This document shows, piece by piece, positions 1 to 12,463 of a stretch of 64,000 nucleotides of DNA. How positions within the stretch are numbered: the first letter of the stretch is position 1; every line of letters begins with the position of its first letter. Below the pieces are notes generated by a model. That model searched no databases and was not told where the DNA came from. It saw only the letters and a list, made by a program, of their open reading frames with translations. This DNA is from Squalus acanthias (lineage: Eukaryota), in NCBI GenBank assembly GCA_030390025.1, contig CM059425.1, positions 177,136,001 to 177,200,000 of the forward strand. The letters run 5' to 3'. The translations under genes and the position numbers were made by a program.

Positions 1-159
1 TATGTAAATCAATGTTTATCTTGTCTATTTATTTTGAACAACTGCCATACTATTAAGTTACCTCAAAACGCTGATAAATTTAAATATCTTCTGAATGGCC
101 GATTCAAGTGTTCTTCAAAGGGCATTTTTGAAAGACTAGCAGTTAGATAGGATCATTCA

Positions 160-550
160 AGTACCTCAGAAACGTTTCAAAGCACTACACAGCCAATGAA
201 TTTCTTTGCAATGCAGAGACTATTGTTATTGTAGTTATTTAGGACACAGCAAGATCCCACAAAAACAGAAAGGTGAATGACCAGTTCATCTGTATGTTGT
301 ACTAGTTGAGGGAGGAACATTGATTAAACACTGAGAAGTCTCTGTCCTTCTTCAAATAGTGCTGTGGAATCTTTACCAGCTACCCAAACTACTGAAATAG
401 GCAGAGTGGGCCTTCTGCTTAACAACTCAAATACAACATACAATAATGCAGCAGTCCTGCTTTAATGACAGCCTAGATTATGGACTCGAGCTGGAGTGCA
501 TCTTGAACCCAGAGCCTTCTGTCTCAGAGGCGAGTGTTACCAACTGATAC
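160..550 (-). mobile_element. Degenerate DeuSINE/SacSINE1-like SINE
   Basis: Motifs cacagcaagatcccacaaa, gttgagggaggaac, cttcaaatagtgc, cctagattatg recognised from this SINE group; similar to 13385-13785. Confidence 0.55.
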
Positions 551-730
551 AATGCATAAAAATACAGCAGTAGTAAGCAGAGATCTGGGCACATAAACAG
601 AGCAAGATGCATTCTATTCTTAATTAGAAAAAGAGAGAAAAAGCACAGGTTGGCATGACAGTATGGAGAAAATTGTGAATGCATATGAATGAAGAAAAGC
701 AAAGCACCCAAAAAATTGATGAATTCCTAC

Positions 731-852
731 TTTCTGTTTTACTGTTGTTGGTCAGCTTCAGCTCCAGTTCTTCAAGTGTGCTATATTCAGCTCTAAACCC
801 ATTCCTTTTATTGAAAAGATGGGTATTCTTGTCCTTTTCTAAATTGGCTATT
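731..852 (-). CDS. CCDC112: CCDC112 coding exon 3 (IANLEKDKNTHLFNKRNGFRAEYSTLEELELKLTNNSKTE); gene continues beyond the window start
   Basis: ttttttccccaatccag acceptor, A|gtagga donor, 122 nt. Colinear with recalled human VINMEKDKHSHFYNQKSDFRIEHSMLEELENKLIHSRKTE. Confidence 0.9.
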
Positions 853-1358
853 CTGGATTGGGGAAAAAATATCAATAAACTAGAATTCTTAATATTTTGT
901 GTGCAAAAGAAGCATTCCAACTAACAATGTAGTGTCAAAAATTATTCTATTTGTACTTCTTCATAATTGAATGACCAGTGACAGACACTATTAGTCTGCA
1001 TTTCAAATACTCAGCTAATTTTATTTATTCTGCAGTTATACTATAATCAGCTTGGTAATATCTACACACACCACAAAAAAGATTTCACTGTAAGATGCTA
1101 ATAACAAGTACTTATATTCTCTCCTGAAAGCATCGACTTACAGTGAAATACAATTCTGCATGCACTGGCAGCCCTTTGATATCTTGACCAAACAATTGTT
1201 CTTCACATGCTAGTCGAGAAAGTGAGCATCTGCAGGTTATTGGACCATGCAAGGGCACTGCAGCCAAGCTCAATCATTTCTTCATCCAACATCCACAAAA
1301 GTGCACTTTCTAACAGATGGGATGAAAAAACAAAAAATTGCTAAAAAAGGTCTGAACT

Positions 1359-1561
1359 AAAAACAGAAAATGCTAGCAACACTTAGCAGGTCAGATGGTA
1401 TCCGTGGAGAGAACAGATGAGTTTACATTTCAGGTACAGACTCTTAGTCACAACAGTTATTCTGAGTTCTCATGAAGGGTTGACATCTGAAATGCTAACT
1501 CATCTGTTCTCTTCACAAATGCTGACTGACCTGTTGAGTGTTTCCAGCATGTTCTGTTTTT
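1359..1561. mobile_element. Penelope-derived inverted-repeat remnant
   Basis: ~75-bp imperfect arms aaacagaaaatgctagcaacacttagcagg... / ...cctgttgagtgtttccagcatgttctgtttt; same terminal sequence as at 14812 and 32495. Confidence 0.65.
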
Positions 1562-2499
1562 GGGTCAATAAATGGGAATCAGGTTTTCCCCTTCTTTGCC
1601 TGGGGCTGCTTAACCCAACTGTAGTGTCCTCACTGCTGCCTCGCTGAGATCAGTTAACTTCAACAATACTTAAAAGTCTGGGACTTTCGAGTATTTCTAA
1701 ATGTTCACATCAGATAAAATAAATGAAATTAGTGTATTTTTTCATTAAAATTGTAAATGCATACAACTTTAAAAAATAACTTTAGAAATCAGTTTCTCTT
1801 TGAAGTCTAAAATTATCAATCACTAAGACCTGAATCCAAAATGATGGAAATCTTAGAAAAAGATGAACTTCAGCAAACGCTATATTTGTTTTAAAACAAA
1901 AAAAGTGCAAGTTAACTGAAAATTGTGTGTGCTTATGTAGGATCTATTTAATAAGTAACTGGAACTTTAGTAGTCAATCATGTATAGCTTCCTTTTAAAG
2001 GTAATGTCATTCTAAGAAAATTACACGATCAGTTTTTGTGATGCCATTATTTTGCTGACAAAAAAATTCTAATCTAATATTCCATTAATGAACATGGAAA
2101 CCTTCCCAAACCAACAAGGCAGTTGTTAAACTAAGTTTCTGCAGCAGGCTATTCCCAAAACTGAGACTGCTTGGCTCACAAGCAACTACTCCTTCCTCCT
2201 CACCAAAGTCATCCCACCTGGCTACATTGTCCCACCATGTTGTCTGCCTAAACCGTCACAGTAACAGCACAGCTCTGGTCACCATCATTTTCAGCTCTCA
2301 TCAAAAACTCCATACTCTTCTAACTGATGCCAACCTTGACCCAACCACATGCTCAGGCTAAGCTACATAGTGTGTAATCTCAATGTCCTGCTCAACCCAG
2401 AGTGGAGCTTCAAACCCCACATTCTATCCTGTTTACTTCTGCCTTTAATATTCCCACCACCACTGAAACCCCTACCCACATCTTTGTTATCTCTAGACA

Positions 2500-2878
2500 A
2501 TTCAACTTCTTCAATGCCTTTTTCACTGGCCTACCAAGCTCCACCCTTCACAAACTTCAACTTGTCCTGAACTGTTTGTATTCTGTCTGTGATCTTCAGA
2601 ATTCCAACACTTCTCTCTGGTATACATCCCCTCCCTCCACTCCATGAACTGTAGAAGAGCCTTCGTCAGTCTCAGCCCTACTCTCTGGAACTCCCTCTCC
2701 AAATCCCATTGTTTTGCAACCTCTCCCTACCTTTAAAAGCTTCCTCAAACCTATATATTTTTAAATCTCACTTTCTGTCATCACCCTTTCATTGCTGCTC
2801 AGTGTTCCATTTCTCCTCTACGAAGTATTTTGGGATGCTTTCCTATGTTAAAGGCGCTATATAAATGCAACAAGAAGT
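2500..2878 (+). mobile_element. L2-like LINE 3' end remnant
   Basis: ctctggaactccctc...aaaggcgctatataaatgcaa tail. Confidence 0.5.
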
Positions 2879-2879
2879 C

Positions 2880-4158
2880 TGTTGTAGGGAAGTTACTAGA
2901 ATCTGTTATCAGGGACAGAGTGTCTGAGCACTTGGATAAACATGAACTAATCAGAGAGCCAGCATGGATCTATAAAGGGCAAGTTATGCCTAATGAAACT
3001 ACTTGATTTTTTTGAGGTAGCTAACATGGTAGCTAAGGGAGTGTCTATAGATGTTATTTATATGGACTTCCAGAGGACATTTGATAAGGTTCCACATAAG
3101 AGACTGTTAACAGAAATGAGAGCATATGGAATTGGAGGCAACCTATTGACATGGGTAGGGAATTGGTTAGGAGGTAGGAGATAAAGAGTAGGGATAAATG
3201 GGCATGTACTCAAATTGGCAGGGATCTGCACTGGGACCTCAGCTTTTCACTATGTTTAGAAGTGACGGAGATGAAGGAATAGAGCACCGTATAACCAAGT
3301 TTGCTGAAGACACCAAGTTAAGTGGCACAGTAATTAGTGTAGATGGGAGCAGAAGTTACAGAGGGACATTGATAGATTAAGTGAGTGGGCAAAACTGTGG
3401 CAGATGGAGTTCAATATGGGAAAGTGAGAGTTTGTTTACTTTGGACCCAAGAAAGATAGATCAGAGTATTTTCTAAATGGTGAGAAGCTAGGAACTGTGA
3501 AGGAGCAGCAAGATTTAGGGGTCCAAGTACAGAAATCACTAAAAGCTAATGGATGGGTACAAAAAATTAAAAAGGCTAATGGAATGTTGGCCTTTATCTC
3601 AAGGGGCTGGAATATAAAGGGGTGGAAGTTATGTTACAGTTCTATAAAGCTCTGGTTAGACCCCATTTAGAGAACTGCATGCAGTTCTGGGCACCGCACC
3701 TCAGGAAGGATATATTAGCTTTGGAGGAGGTGCAGCACAGATTTACCAGAACAATACTAAAAGGGTTAAATTATGAAGACAGGTTGCCTAGACTATGCTT
3801 ATACTCCCTTAAGTGTACAATTGAGGGTGATCTAATTGAGGTGTTTAAGATGATTAAAGGATTTGATGGGGTACATAGAGAAGCTAGTGTCTTTGGTGGG
3901 AAAGGCACATGGCCTTACAATTAGAGCTAGGTCATTCAGGGGTAATGTCAGGAAGCACTTTTTCCACACAAAAAAGATAGTGGAAATCTGAAACTCTCTC
4001 CCCCCAAACAGCTGTTGAGGCTCAGTCAATTGAAAATTTCAAAACTGACATTAATAAGATTTGTTAGGCAAGGCTATTAATGGTTACAGAACCAAGGCAG
4101 AGTTAAGATACAGATCAGCCATGTTCTAATTGAATGGCCTACTCCTGTTCCTATGTTG
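2880..4158 (+). mobile_element. CR1 LINE, 5'-truncated, decayed RT and 3' tail
   Basis: Fragments DVIYMDFQRTFDKVPH, KFAEDTKL, LVRPHLENCMQFWAP; tail gaatggcctactcctgttcctatg. Confidence 0.9.
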
Positions 4159-4999
4159 TTAAATGCCTTGGGAAGTTTTCTGCTTAAAACACATACTACA
4201 TAAATGCAAGTTTTTCCACAAAGAAATCCCCAGAAGCAACTGCATCTTTACAAAAGCTGTTGCATTACTTGAGTTTGACATAACAAGTGAAATTTGGTTA
4301 TTTTCCCTCTCTAAAGGTATCTTCATGGTACAGTTTTTTTTGCAAAACACTCAAATTGCATTTAATGACAAAAAGTACTCTGAATTTGTCCTATTTACAC
4401 TATAGGGCATAATTCAGAGTACCAGTAGTAACTAATGAACTGCAGTATATTTGCACACCAAATGTTGTTAAAATTACAACTGTGATTTTACATTTCTACA
4501 GACAGTCCCTGATAGTAAGGAAGGTTCTTGTAAGCCAACGATAAGAAAAACACCTCCCTGGCTTGTATGGGTAGGTTGAGAACGTTTTAATAGGTAAGGG
4601 TATTAAGGCATATGGAACAAAGGCAGGTAAATGGAGCGGAGGTTCTGATCTGATCTAATGGAATTGTAGAACAGGCTCGAAGGGCCGAATGGCTTATTCC
4701 TGTTCCTACGTTTTAAACGTTTACACTCACCACCTCTAACGTGGTTCTTGCCCTTCCGAGGTAGACGGGGTATTAAAGCGGGTAAATAATCACCCCGTAA
4801 TACATATTCATCACAGCAGTTTGAGACATGATCTATTTCAATGTGTTTCACATGGTGAGTTTGCGGTGACTGAATTAATCAAATCCCCCTTTTTATTTCG
4901 TGGGATTTTGAGATCACCATTCCAGCCGCAATCACCGCCCCCACTCCTGAAGGCTCAGCTGCCACCACCGCCGCCATTAAAGGTGCGAGTTGCACTCAC

Positions 5000-5130
5000 T
5001 GGAGCCACAGTTTTCGCAGCTCCCGGCTGAACGCAGCCTTCCTGGCCGAGTCGCTGCGGCCCGGGATGGGAACCTGTTGCTGCCGCCGCCGCCCCGACAC
5101 CGAGTCCGGCCTCCAAATGCAGCCGTCAGC
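5000..5130 (-). CDS. CCDC112: CCDC112 coding exon 2 (ADGCIWRPDSVSGRRRQQQVPIPGRSDSARKAAFSRELRKLWL-Q)
   Basis: (TC)n polypyrimidine tract + acag acceptor, CA|gtgagt donor, 131 nt open. ADGC...RKAAFSRELRKLWLQ aligns with recalled mammalian SDGC...KKAEFVRTAEKFKNQ. Phase 2 matches exon 3. Confidence 0.82.
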
Positions 5131-5242
5131 CTGTCAGAGAGAGAGAGAGAGAGACTCGTTTAATCACAAGTTGTGAGCGAAGAAAACCCACACGGGGTCC
5201 AGGTGACACAATGCAGCCGAACCATAGTGAATTGCTCCATAC

Positions 5243-5272
5243 CACCTCCGCCGCTGTTGCTAAGGCCGCCAT
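5243..5272 (-). CDS. CCDC112: CCDC112 coding exon 1 (MAALATAAEV)
   Basis: Minus strand AAG ATG GCG GCC TTA GCA ACA GCG GCG GAG GTG|gtatgg. Resembles the MAALTT start of CCDC112 as recalled. Phase-0 junction to exon 2 across a 112-nt intron; a donor 3 nt earlier is also possible. Confidence 0.75.
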
Positions 5273-5781
5273 CTTTCTCACAAACTTTATTGTCCCGGAG
5301 CCGCGCAGAGTGACAGGCGCGCGCTCCCGTTCCAGCTCGCGCCCCCTCTCCCGCGCTCCAGCTCGCGCTCGCGCCCATTGTCTCCACTAGAAGGCGCTGG
5401 GGACTGCGGCAAGGTAGCCCGTAACCCAGCAAAAATAGCAATGCAAAGCAAATATGCTGCAGCCAGCTGCAAGCAAAAATCCTGTCGTAAATTGCTATCG
5501 ACCCCCGCCTACTTACCTAACTCCTTCCTCTTTCTCTCTCTCTTTCTGCGCACACACCGATTTTCTGCAAGTTTTCCGCAAACGCAGTTTCACGTTGCGG
5601 AAAATTTGCGGAACGTCCCATCATTCACGACTCTTGTGTATAATTCAAAAAGGTATTGTTGTTAAGACTGCGGAATCCGCAAAACAAGCCAAAATCGCTT
5701 TGGGGCATGTTGACAACATGCAAATGAATATTCTGTTGGGAGTTAGCCACGTGGTGCAGGGAGTTTGCAGATTTCAGCAAA

Positions 5782-6187
5782 ATGGCAGAACAGCAGCAGA
5801 GGAGACAGAGACTGCCCAAATTCAGCTCAGATGAGCTGGAAGTGCTGATTACAGAGGTGACCACCTATAGGGACCAACTTTTCAGTCGTGCCCACAGATT
5901 GTCGCAGGGAGATCGTGACAAGATATGGCAGGATATCACTGCCAAGGTCAACGCAGTCTCACGGGTCAAAAGGTCTGTAAAGGCCATCAAGACACGTTGG
6001 GACGACCTTATGCGGCGCACCAAAGAGGTCGCCCATTTGGCCAGAGAGGAACGCCAAATTCAAGAAGGACCCTGCGGAGCAGAAGACTTAACCCCGGAGG
6101 AATGGAGGGTCCATCAGGTCATGCACCCTCAGTCCATAATTTGCATGGGTGGACCATATCCTGCGGACTTTCCATATTGGAGGGCGA
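5782..6187 (+). CDS. Myb/SANT-like DNA-binding protein (Harbinger-derived, NAIF1/MYPOP/MSANTD-like), exon 1
   Basis: R.PKFSSDELEVLITEV...LF...IWQDITAKVNAVS...RSVKAIKTRWDDL is the trihelix Myb/SANT-like pattern. AAAATGG start; GCG A|gtaagt donor (phase 1). Confidence 0.88.
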
Positions 6188-6434
6188 GTAAGTGTTTCCC
6201 TTCAATTCATCTGTAACAGTGCTAAATGTAATCTAATTTTTATTTTTTGTTAGTTAGAATCTGATAGTCATCAAATTAGGACAATATTAAATTATAATCT
6301 TAAGTAATTTGTCAGCTTTGCAGATGTGAGTCTGTGAGTGTCTCTAAAGCTATAATGACCATATTTTGACTGTACGTTAAATTTGTACAAACCGACTCAC
6401 CAGTAGGTAGTTATAATAAGTGTCCGTTTTCTGC

Positions 6435-6535
6435 TGCCGCTTTTCCTACATTACAACAGTGACTACACTTCAAAGGTAATTCATTTGGGACGTCCTGAAG
6501 TCATGAAAGGCGCTATATAAATGTAAGTCTTTATT
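6435..6535 (+). mobile_element. DeuSINE/L2-type 3' tail fragment
   Basis: tttcctacattacaacagtgactacacttcaaa...aaaggcgctatataaatgtaagtc. Confidence 0.6.
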
Positions 6536-7311
6536 TCAATAGTAATTCAGGATATAGTAATTCACGGGTTGGTTCGGCCAAATGGTCCGTTTCCATGTTG
6601 TAACTTGTATGTGTCAAGGTTCAGATTTGGATTGACTGAATCCAAACTGTTCAAACAATAATTTCAAAAACAAAACTAGAAAATATATTCACTTGGATTG
6701 GAAATGGAAGTATTCCCAATTCCACCACAACTGGCCTGGAAGCAGAAGGGTTCACAATCCATACTGCCACCTAGACTGACAGCTAAACAAATTCACACTG
6801 AATCAAAATCAGGTATTCCCCAGAGACAAATATAAAAAGCTATCATCTCTCCCTTTCAGCTCTTGATAACCAGAAAAGCTATAAAGAGAACTTGGCACAG
6901 TACAGTCAAACCATAGTGAATGGATCCATTGTGTTTTTCTTCTCTCCTTTTAGTTTGTTGGGAATTGTGTGCTTATCAAGGTCAGAGTTCACAGTGCAAG
7001 TGAATGGAACACTTTTTTTCCCCATTTTGAGCACCTGTGTATTCCTCAGGTGCTGCCTGATCAGATTTTGTATGATTAGGTGCAGGGTAAAACTCGCTCT
7101 CCTCTGCCCAAGCAGCATGCCTTAACCCCAATCTCAGAAGAGCATGCCTTACTGCATAGGTATGAATGTTTCCACTTCCCATACCAACCATTATAATGAC
7201 CCCTGAATTAGTTTACCAAGTAGTGTTGAATTGTAGGCAGTTTGTCTTGAGCCTGTAACCATAGCAAGTAGAGGGGTAATTGTATAAATTGATAATCCAG
7301 GCATTCACCAC

Positions 7312-9406
7312 CAGGACTAATCTAATTGAATTTTTTGATGAAGCAACAGTGAGGATTGATGAAGGTAATGCAATGGATGTTATCTACATGGATTTTAGGA
7401 AGGCGTTTGACAAAGTACCACATAGAAGGCTGGTTAACAAAATTGAGGCTCATGGAATAGGTGGGTCAGTGGCAGCTTGGATAAGGAATTGGCTTAAGGA
7501 CAGAAAACAGCGAGTTGTGGTAAATGGCTGTTTTTCAGACTGGAGGATGATAGACAGTGGTGTTCCCCAAGGGTCAGTGCTGAGGCCACTGCTTTTTTTA
7601 ATGTATATAAATGACCTGGATATTGGAATACAGAGTAGAATTTCTAAATTTGCCGATGACACCAAACTTGGGGGTATGGCAAACAGTGAGGATGATACCA
7701 ATCGACTGCAACAGGACATAGAAAGGCTAGCAGAATGGGCAGACAAGTGGCAGATGAAATTTAATACAGAGAAGTGGGAGGTGATGCATTTTGGCAGAAG
7801 GAACAGGGAGAGGCAATATACACTTAATGGCACAGTTTTAAAGAATGTGCGGGGACAGAGGGACCTGGGAGTTAATGTGCCTCGGTCCCTGAAGGTGGCG
7901 GGACATATTGAGAGAGTGGTTAGTAAAGCATATGGGATCTTGGGCTTCATAAATAGAGGTATTGGGCTGGATTTTGATACTCAGGTCGGGTTGGTGTCGT
8001 GAATCCCACATTCTGGCTTGTGAACCCGCCTCCATCGAGATGTGGCCAACCCACTGTATTTTCCCTTGATTGACCTTGTTGAGCCCGCCCAGTGGGCTCA
8101 GCAGGCCAATTAAGGGCCACCCGGCAACAGGTGACATCACAGATTGACATTTCATCTGTCAAGAGCTTTTGACAGATGAAATATCAGCGTTTGACAGCTC
8201 TGTGAAGCTGTCAAACACTGACAATATGATTTCTAACTTCAGTCCTTCCTCTCAGGCTGAGTTAGAAATCACTCCACCACAGAAAACAGAAGGCTGCAGT
8301 TTTTGACAGGACCACGGCTTTTCTGCTTTCTGTGCCGGTGAGATTTCTGACTCCCGAGAACTGAAGGGCTGACACCTGCAGGAGGAAGTTAAGGTAAGTA
8401 AAACTTTTTCCCACACTTAGCACTTACCTTACACACTTACCTCTGCACACATGCACCCATCACTCACCTGCCCACCGGACATATCGACCCCTCCAACCCC
8501 TGCAGACCCACGGTCCGCCCCGATAACTTGGCGTGGTTGCCACCTGTCGGGAAGCCCACATTTCACCCTTTAAAATAGGGATTAGGCAAAAAACTGCCTG
8601 TTAACTACCTGTTAACAGGCAGTTAATTGTCACTAATCCCTTCCCACCTCGGGGAGTCGGGTCTCCGCACAGGTCGTGTACCCGCCACCAGCGAAACTGG
8701 CATGGAGGCGGGATGGGGTCGGGACCCCCGAATCTGCAACTTTAACCCCCCACACGCCTCCAAACCCAACTCCACGGGTCATTGAAAATCCAGCCCATTG
8801 AGTACAAAAGTAGAGAAGTTATGCTGAACCTTTAAAGCGCTGGTTAGGCCACAACTGGAGTATTGCATCCAGTTCTGGTCACCACACTTTAGGAAGGATG
8901 TGAAGGCCCTTGAGAGGGTGCAGAGGAAATTTACTAGAATGGTTCTGGGGATGGGAGAGTGGATGTGTGATCTTAGCTACAAGGACAGGTTGGAGAAGCT
9001 GGATTTGTTTTCATTAGAGCAAAGGAGGTTGAGGGGTGATTTGATAGAGGTGTACAAAATTATGACGGGTTTGGATAGGCTAGACGGGGAAAGGCTGTTC
9101 CCACTAGTTGATGGTACAAGGACTAGTGGACACAGATTTAAGGTTTGGGCAAGAGATACAGGGGGGATGTGAGGAAAACTTTTTTACACAGTGAGTGGTG
9201 TGGACCTGGAACTCGCTGTCGACGGAAGTGGTGGAAGCGGAGACACTCAATGTTTTTAAGGGGAGACTGGATAGGCACTTGAGGGAAATAAACTTGCAGG
9301 GCTACGTGGATAGAGTGGGGGAATGGGACTGAGTGGATTGCTCTACAGAGAGCTGGCATGGACTCAATGGGCCGAATGGCCTCCTTCTGTGCCGTTATGA
9401 CTCTAT
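7312..9406 (+). mobile_element. CR1 LINE RT region and tail, interrupted by a MITE at 7964-8796
   Basis: [22 protein letters not shown] motifs; GFINRGI|EYKSREV resumes after the insert; (TATGACTC)n tail continues at 12464. Confidence 0.92.
7964..8796. mobile_element. Harbinger-type non-autonomous element, family A copy 1
   Basis: TIR gggctggatttt/aaaatccagccc with ATT TSD, inside CR1 coding sequence. Confidence 0.88.
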
Positions 9407-12400
9407 GGCCGCGAATTTAATTCTGGAGGCGGGTTGAGGGCGGGCCCGCTGCTCGGCAGCTTTCGGACCCACTCCCGAATGCCGCCAGCCCGCAGTTCTG
9501 ATTTTTGATTGATTGGCCTCGTTACGGCCGACGTGCGGGTCCCTCCAGGCAATTGCTTGGAGCATGTCAGTTTCTTGCATCTGATGACGCTATGTTTGAG
9601 TAAAAATTTAAAGGGGCCATGTCCCCTTTGCAAAAAATGTGGATGGGATGGCTTGGTGCAGTATTATCTAGAAAGGGAAGTTGACAGCGGCTGGTCTGAA
9701 CACAATGTATTGAATGAAATTGCTGGTCATATTATTCCAGAAACACATTTTTGATTTTTTAATCTATCAGTTTAGTATGTGACTAAGAAATGAAAAATAT
9801 GCCAGATGTGTTCCAATCATTGGCTTAGTAAAATTAATGCTTTTTTCTCTTAAAGGTGCTGGCTGCTGCAGGAATGGCAGCCCCAAAAACTAAGGCTGCA
9901 GCCAGGTTCAATGAGGGCTCCCTCCATGCTCTTGTGGAGGGAGTTAGAGGACGTCAGGAGGTCCTCTTCCCTGGAAATGGAAGGAGGAGGCCTCCTCAGC
10001 AAACCAAGGCAGCTTGGCTGCAAATTGCTGAGGAGGTGAGTTCGAGGTCTGTGTGCAGACGCACATGGGGAAAAAGGTTTAATGATCTGCTGAGATCACT
10101 TAAAGTGTGGCCTCTGTGTTCTGCGGAAATGGAAGTTTAAGAGTGAGGGCTCAGGGCGAATGCCATGTAGAATGTTGGTGGTGACACTGAGCGCTTTAGT
10201 AGACAGATGATGCCTGGGGTTTTGAGGATGTCAGACTTCTATTCATCTCCATGTGTCAGCCACCTGTGGTTGAAGCGTAAGCTTACGCGAATCTGGCATG
10301 GATGAGTGCATCCCTTGCCCGACGGCCAGCAATGTGGTCGCCTGCTGCTGGATTGGCCACAACCGGCCCCACAAGGCGTTGCTCCCCATCCTCCTCCTCT
10401 TCCTCGTTCTCTTCCTCTTCTTCCAAGAAGTGTGTGTGCTGAGCCACTTGTTCGTCCGGCAGCACTAAGCCGCTCTGATGTGCAATGTTGTGCAGGGCAC
10501 AGCAGACCACGACGATTCTGGACACCCTGGCTGGATGAAGGAGTCATGGCAAATGCCAGAGTACTTTGCGCAAACATGCATGATGATCTTCCTCTGGTTA
10601 CACACCAGCTGGACGTTCAGGGAGTAGAATCCCTTGCGGTTGACAAATACAGCTGGGTTGTGATAGGGGGCCCTAATGGCTACATGTGTGCAGTCAATGA
10701 CGCCCTGCACCATTGGCAAGCCTGCCATATTGGCAAAGCCAACTGCACGCGCCGTCACACTTGGGCCATCCGTGGAGAAGTAGATATAATTGTGCGCCTT
10801 TGCAAAGAGGGCATCGGTGACCTGCGTGATGCAGGTGTGTGCGGCCGACTGGGAGATGCCGCTGATGTCTGCAGCTGATCCCTGGAAGGAGCCCGAAGCA
10901 AAGAAGTTGAAGGCGGTGGTGACTTTGACAGCCACTGGTAAGGAGTGCCATAAGAACATAAGAAACAGGAGCAGGAGTAGGCCAATCGGCCCCTCGAGCC
11001 TGCTCCACCATTCAATAAGATCATGGCTGATCTAATCTTGGCCTCAACACCACTTTCCCGCTCTCTCCCCATACCCCTTGACTCCCTTGTAGTTCAAATG
11101 TCTGTCAATCTCCGCCTTGAATATATTCAATGACTCTGCTTACACAGCTCTCTGGGGTAGAGAATTCCAAAGATTCACGACCCTCTGAGAGAAGAAATTC
11201 CTCCTCATCTCCATCTTAAATGGGCGACCCCTTATTCTGAAACTATGCCCCCTAGTTCTAGATACCCCCACTAGGGGAAACATCCTCTCAGTATCCATCC
11301 TGTCAATCCCCCTCAGAATCTTATATGTTTCAATAAGATCACCTCTCATTCTTCTAAACGCCAATGAGTATAGGCCCAACCTGCTCAACCTTTCATCATA
11401 CATCAACCCCTTCATCACAGGAATCAACCTAGTGAACCTTCTCTGCACTGCCTCCAATGCAAGTATATCCTTCCTTAAATATGGAGACCAAAACTGTATG
11501 CAGTACTCCAGGTGCGGTCTCACCAGCGCCCTGTAAAGTTGCATCAAAACTTCCCTACTTTTATACTCCATACCCCTTGCAATAAAGGCCAACATTCCAT
11601 TAGCCTTCCACATGCTCATCTGGGCTCCAGGTGTTGGTGCAGCATTGCACAGATGTCAGCGACTACATCTCTCGAAAGTCTCAGTCTCCTTTGGCACTGC
11701 TGCTCAGTCATGCTGAGGAAGCTGATCCTCTGCCTGTAAACCTTGTGTTGAGGGTATCTCCTGCGGCGAGGTGCAGCCCTGCGCTGAGGCCCTCTGCCCT
11801 GTGCATCATCAGATGAGTGAGCAGGAGGTTGGTGCTCCTGGTGCTAGTGCGGCTTTTGTGGCTATTGTGGTGCTGCCACAGCTGCTCTTCCTCCGAATCG
11901 GACGACCAGGATGAGAGGATATAAATGTTTCCCATCCCGTAGCTATAGATTTCAGTTGAGGCAAGAAGCTTGCAAGCGCACAGTCGAAGTGGCTTGAAAT
12001 TATTCCTATCAGGTCACAATACAGATGGCTGTCAGTTTGAACAGTCAAGGTCAGTAGATTTGCAAAATCTTATCCCAAACCTCCAACAACAAAGTTGTTA
12101 CATTTGAAGGTCAGCCATGTTACAGGAGCACTTTTAAAGTGCTGCACCAATTACTACAAATCATGTCCTCCAGCAACTCGTCTCCTTGCAGCTGGCCTGT
12201 TTCTGACAAGACGGGAAACAGGAGCCAGAAGCACGAAAATGGGAAACCATTATCAAAATAGGATTAGCAAGGCAGGTAACAGGCTGTTAACTACCTGTCC
12301 CACCGGTTCCAGTCTGGTCGGCTTGGGAGCGGCTGAACCGACACTCACAAAAATCGGGTGGGGGCGGGATGGAGGCGGGTTGGGTGTCTGAAGCTATTTT

Positions 12401-12463
12401 TTCCGATTTTCGCTGCCGACCCATCTCCAAACCCGCCTCCTCAGGGCTATTAAAATCGAGCCC
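9407..12463. mobile_element. PIF/Harbinger transposon, defective: Myb fragment (+, ~9856-10105) convergent with DDE transposase (-, ~10283-11935)
   Basis: TIR ggccgcgaatttaa/ttaaaatcgagccc, TAT TSD. HARBI1-like motifs [39 protein letters not shown]; internal deletions. Confidence 0.92.
10950..11610 (-). mobile_element. CR1 3' fragment inserted in the Harbinger transposase
   Basis: ORF 11140-11619 [15 protein letters not shown]...NLWNSLP plus CR1 tail; transposase sequence lies on both sides. Confidence 0.9.

Larger units (their letters stand above)
4900..5781. promoter_or_regulatory. CpG-rich region / probable bidirectional promoter of CCDC112 and the Myb/SANT gene
   Basis: High GC and CpG against an AT-rich background; divergent ATGs at 5272 (-) and 5782 (+); ATGCAAAT octamer near 5718 and CCACGTGG E-box near 5747. 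Confidence 0.7.

Noticed and set aside
679..924. Plus-strand 81-aa hydrophobic ORF
   Set aside because: Antisense shadow of CCDC112 exon 3.
5378..5834. ORFs in the inter-gene promoter region
   Set aside because: No recognisable domains, non-ATG or weak starts, expected in GC-rich sequence.
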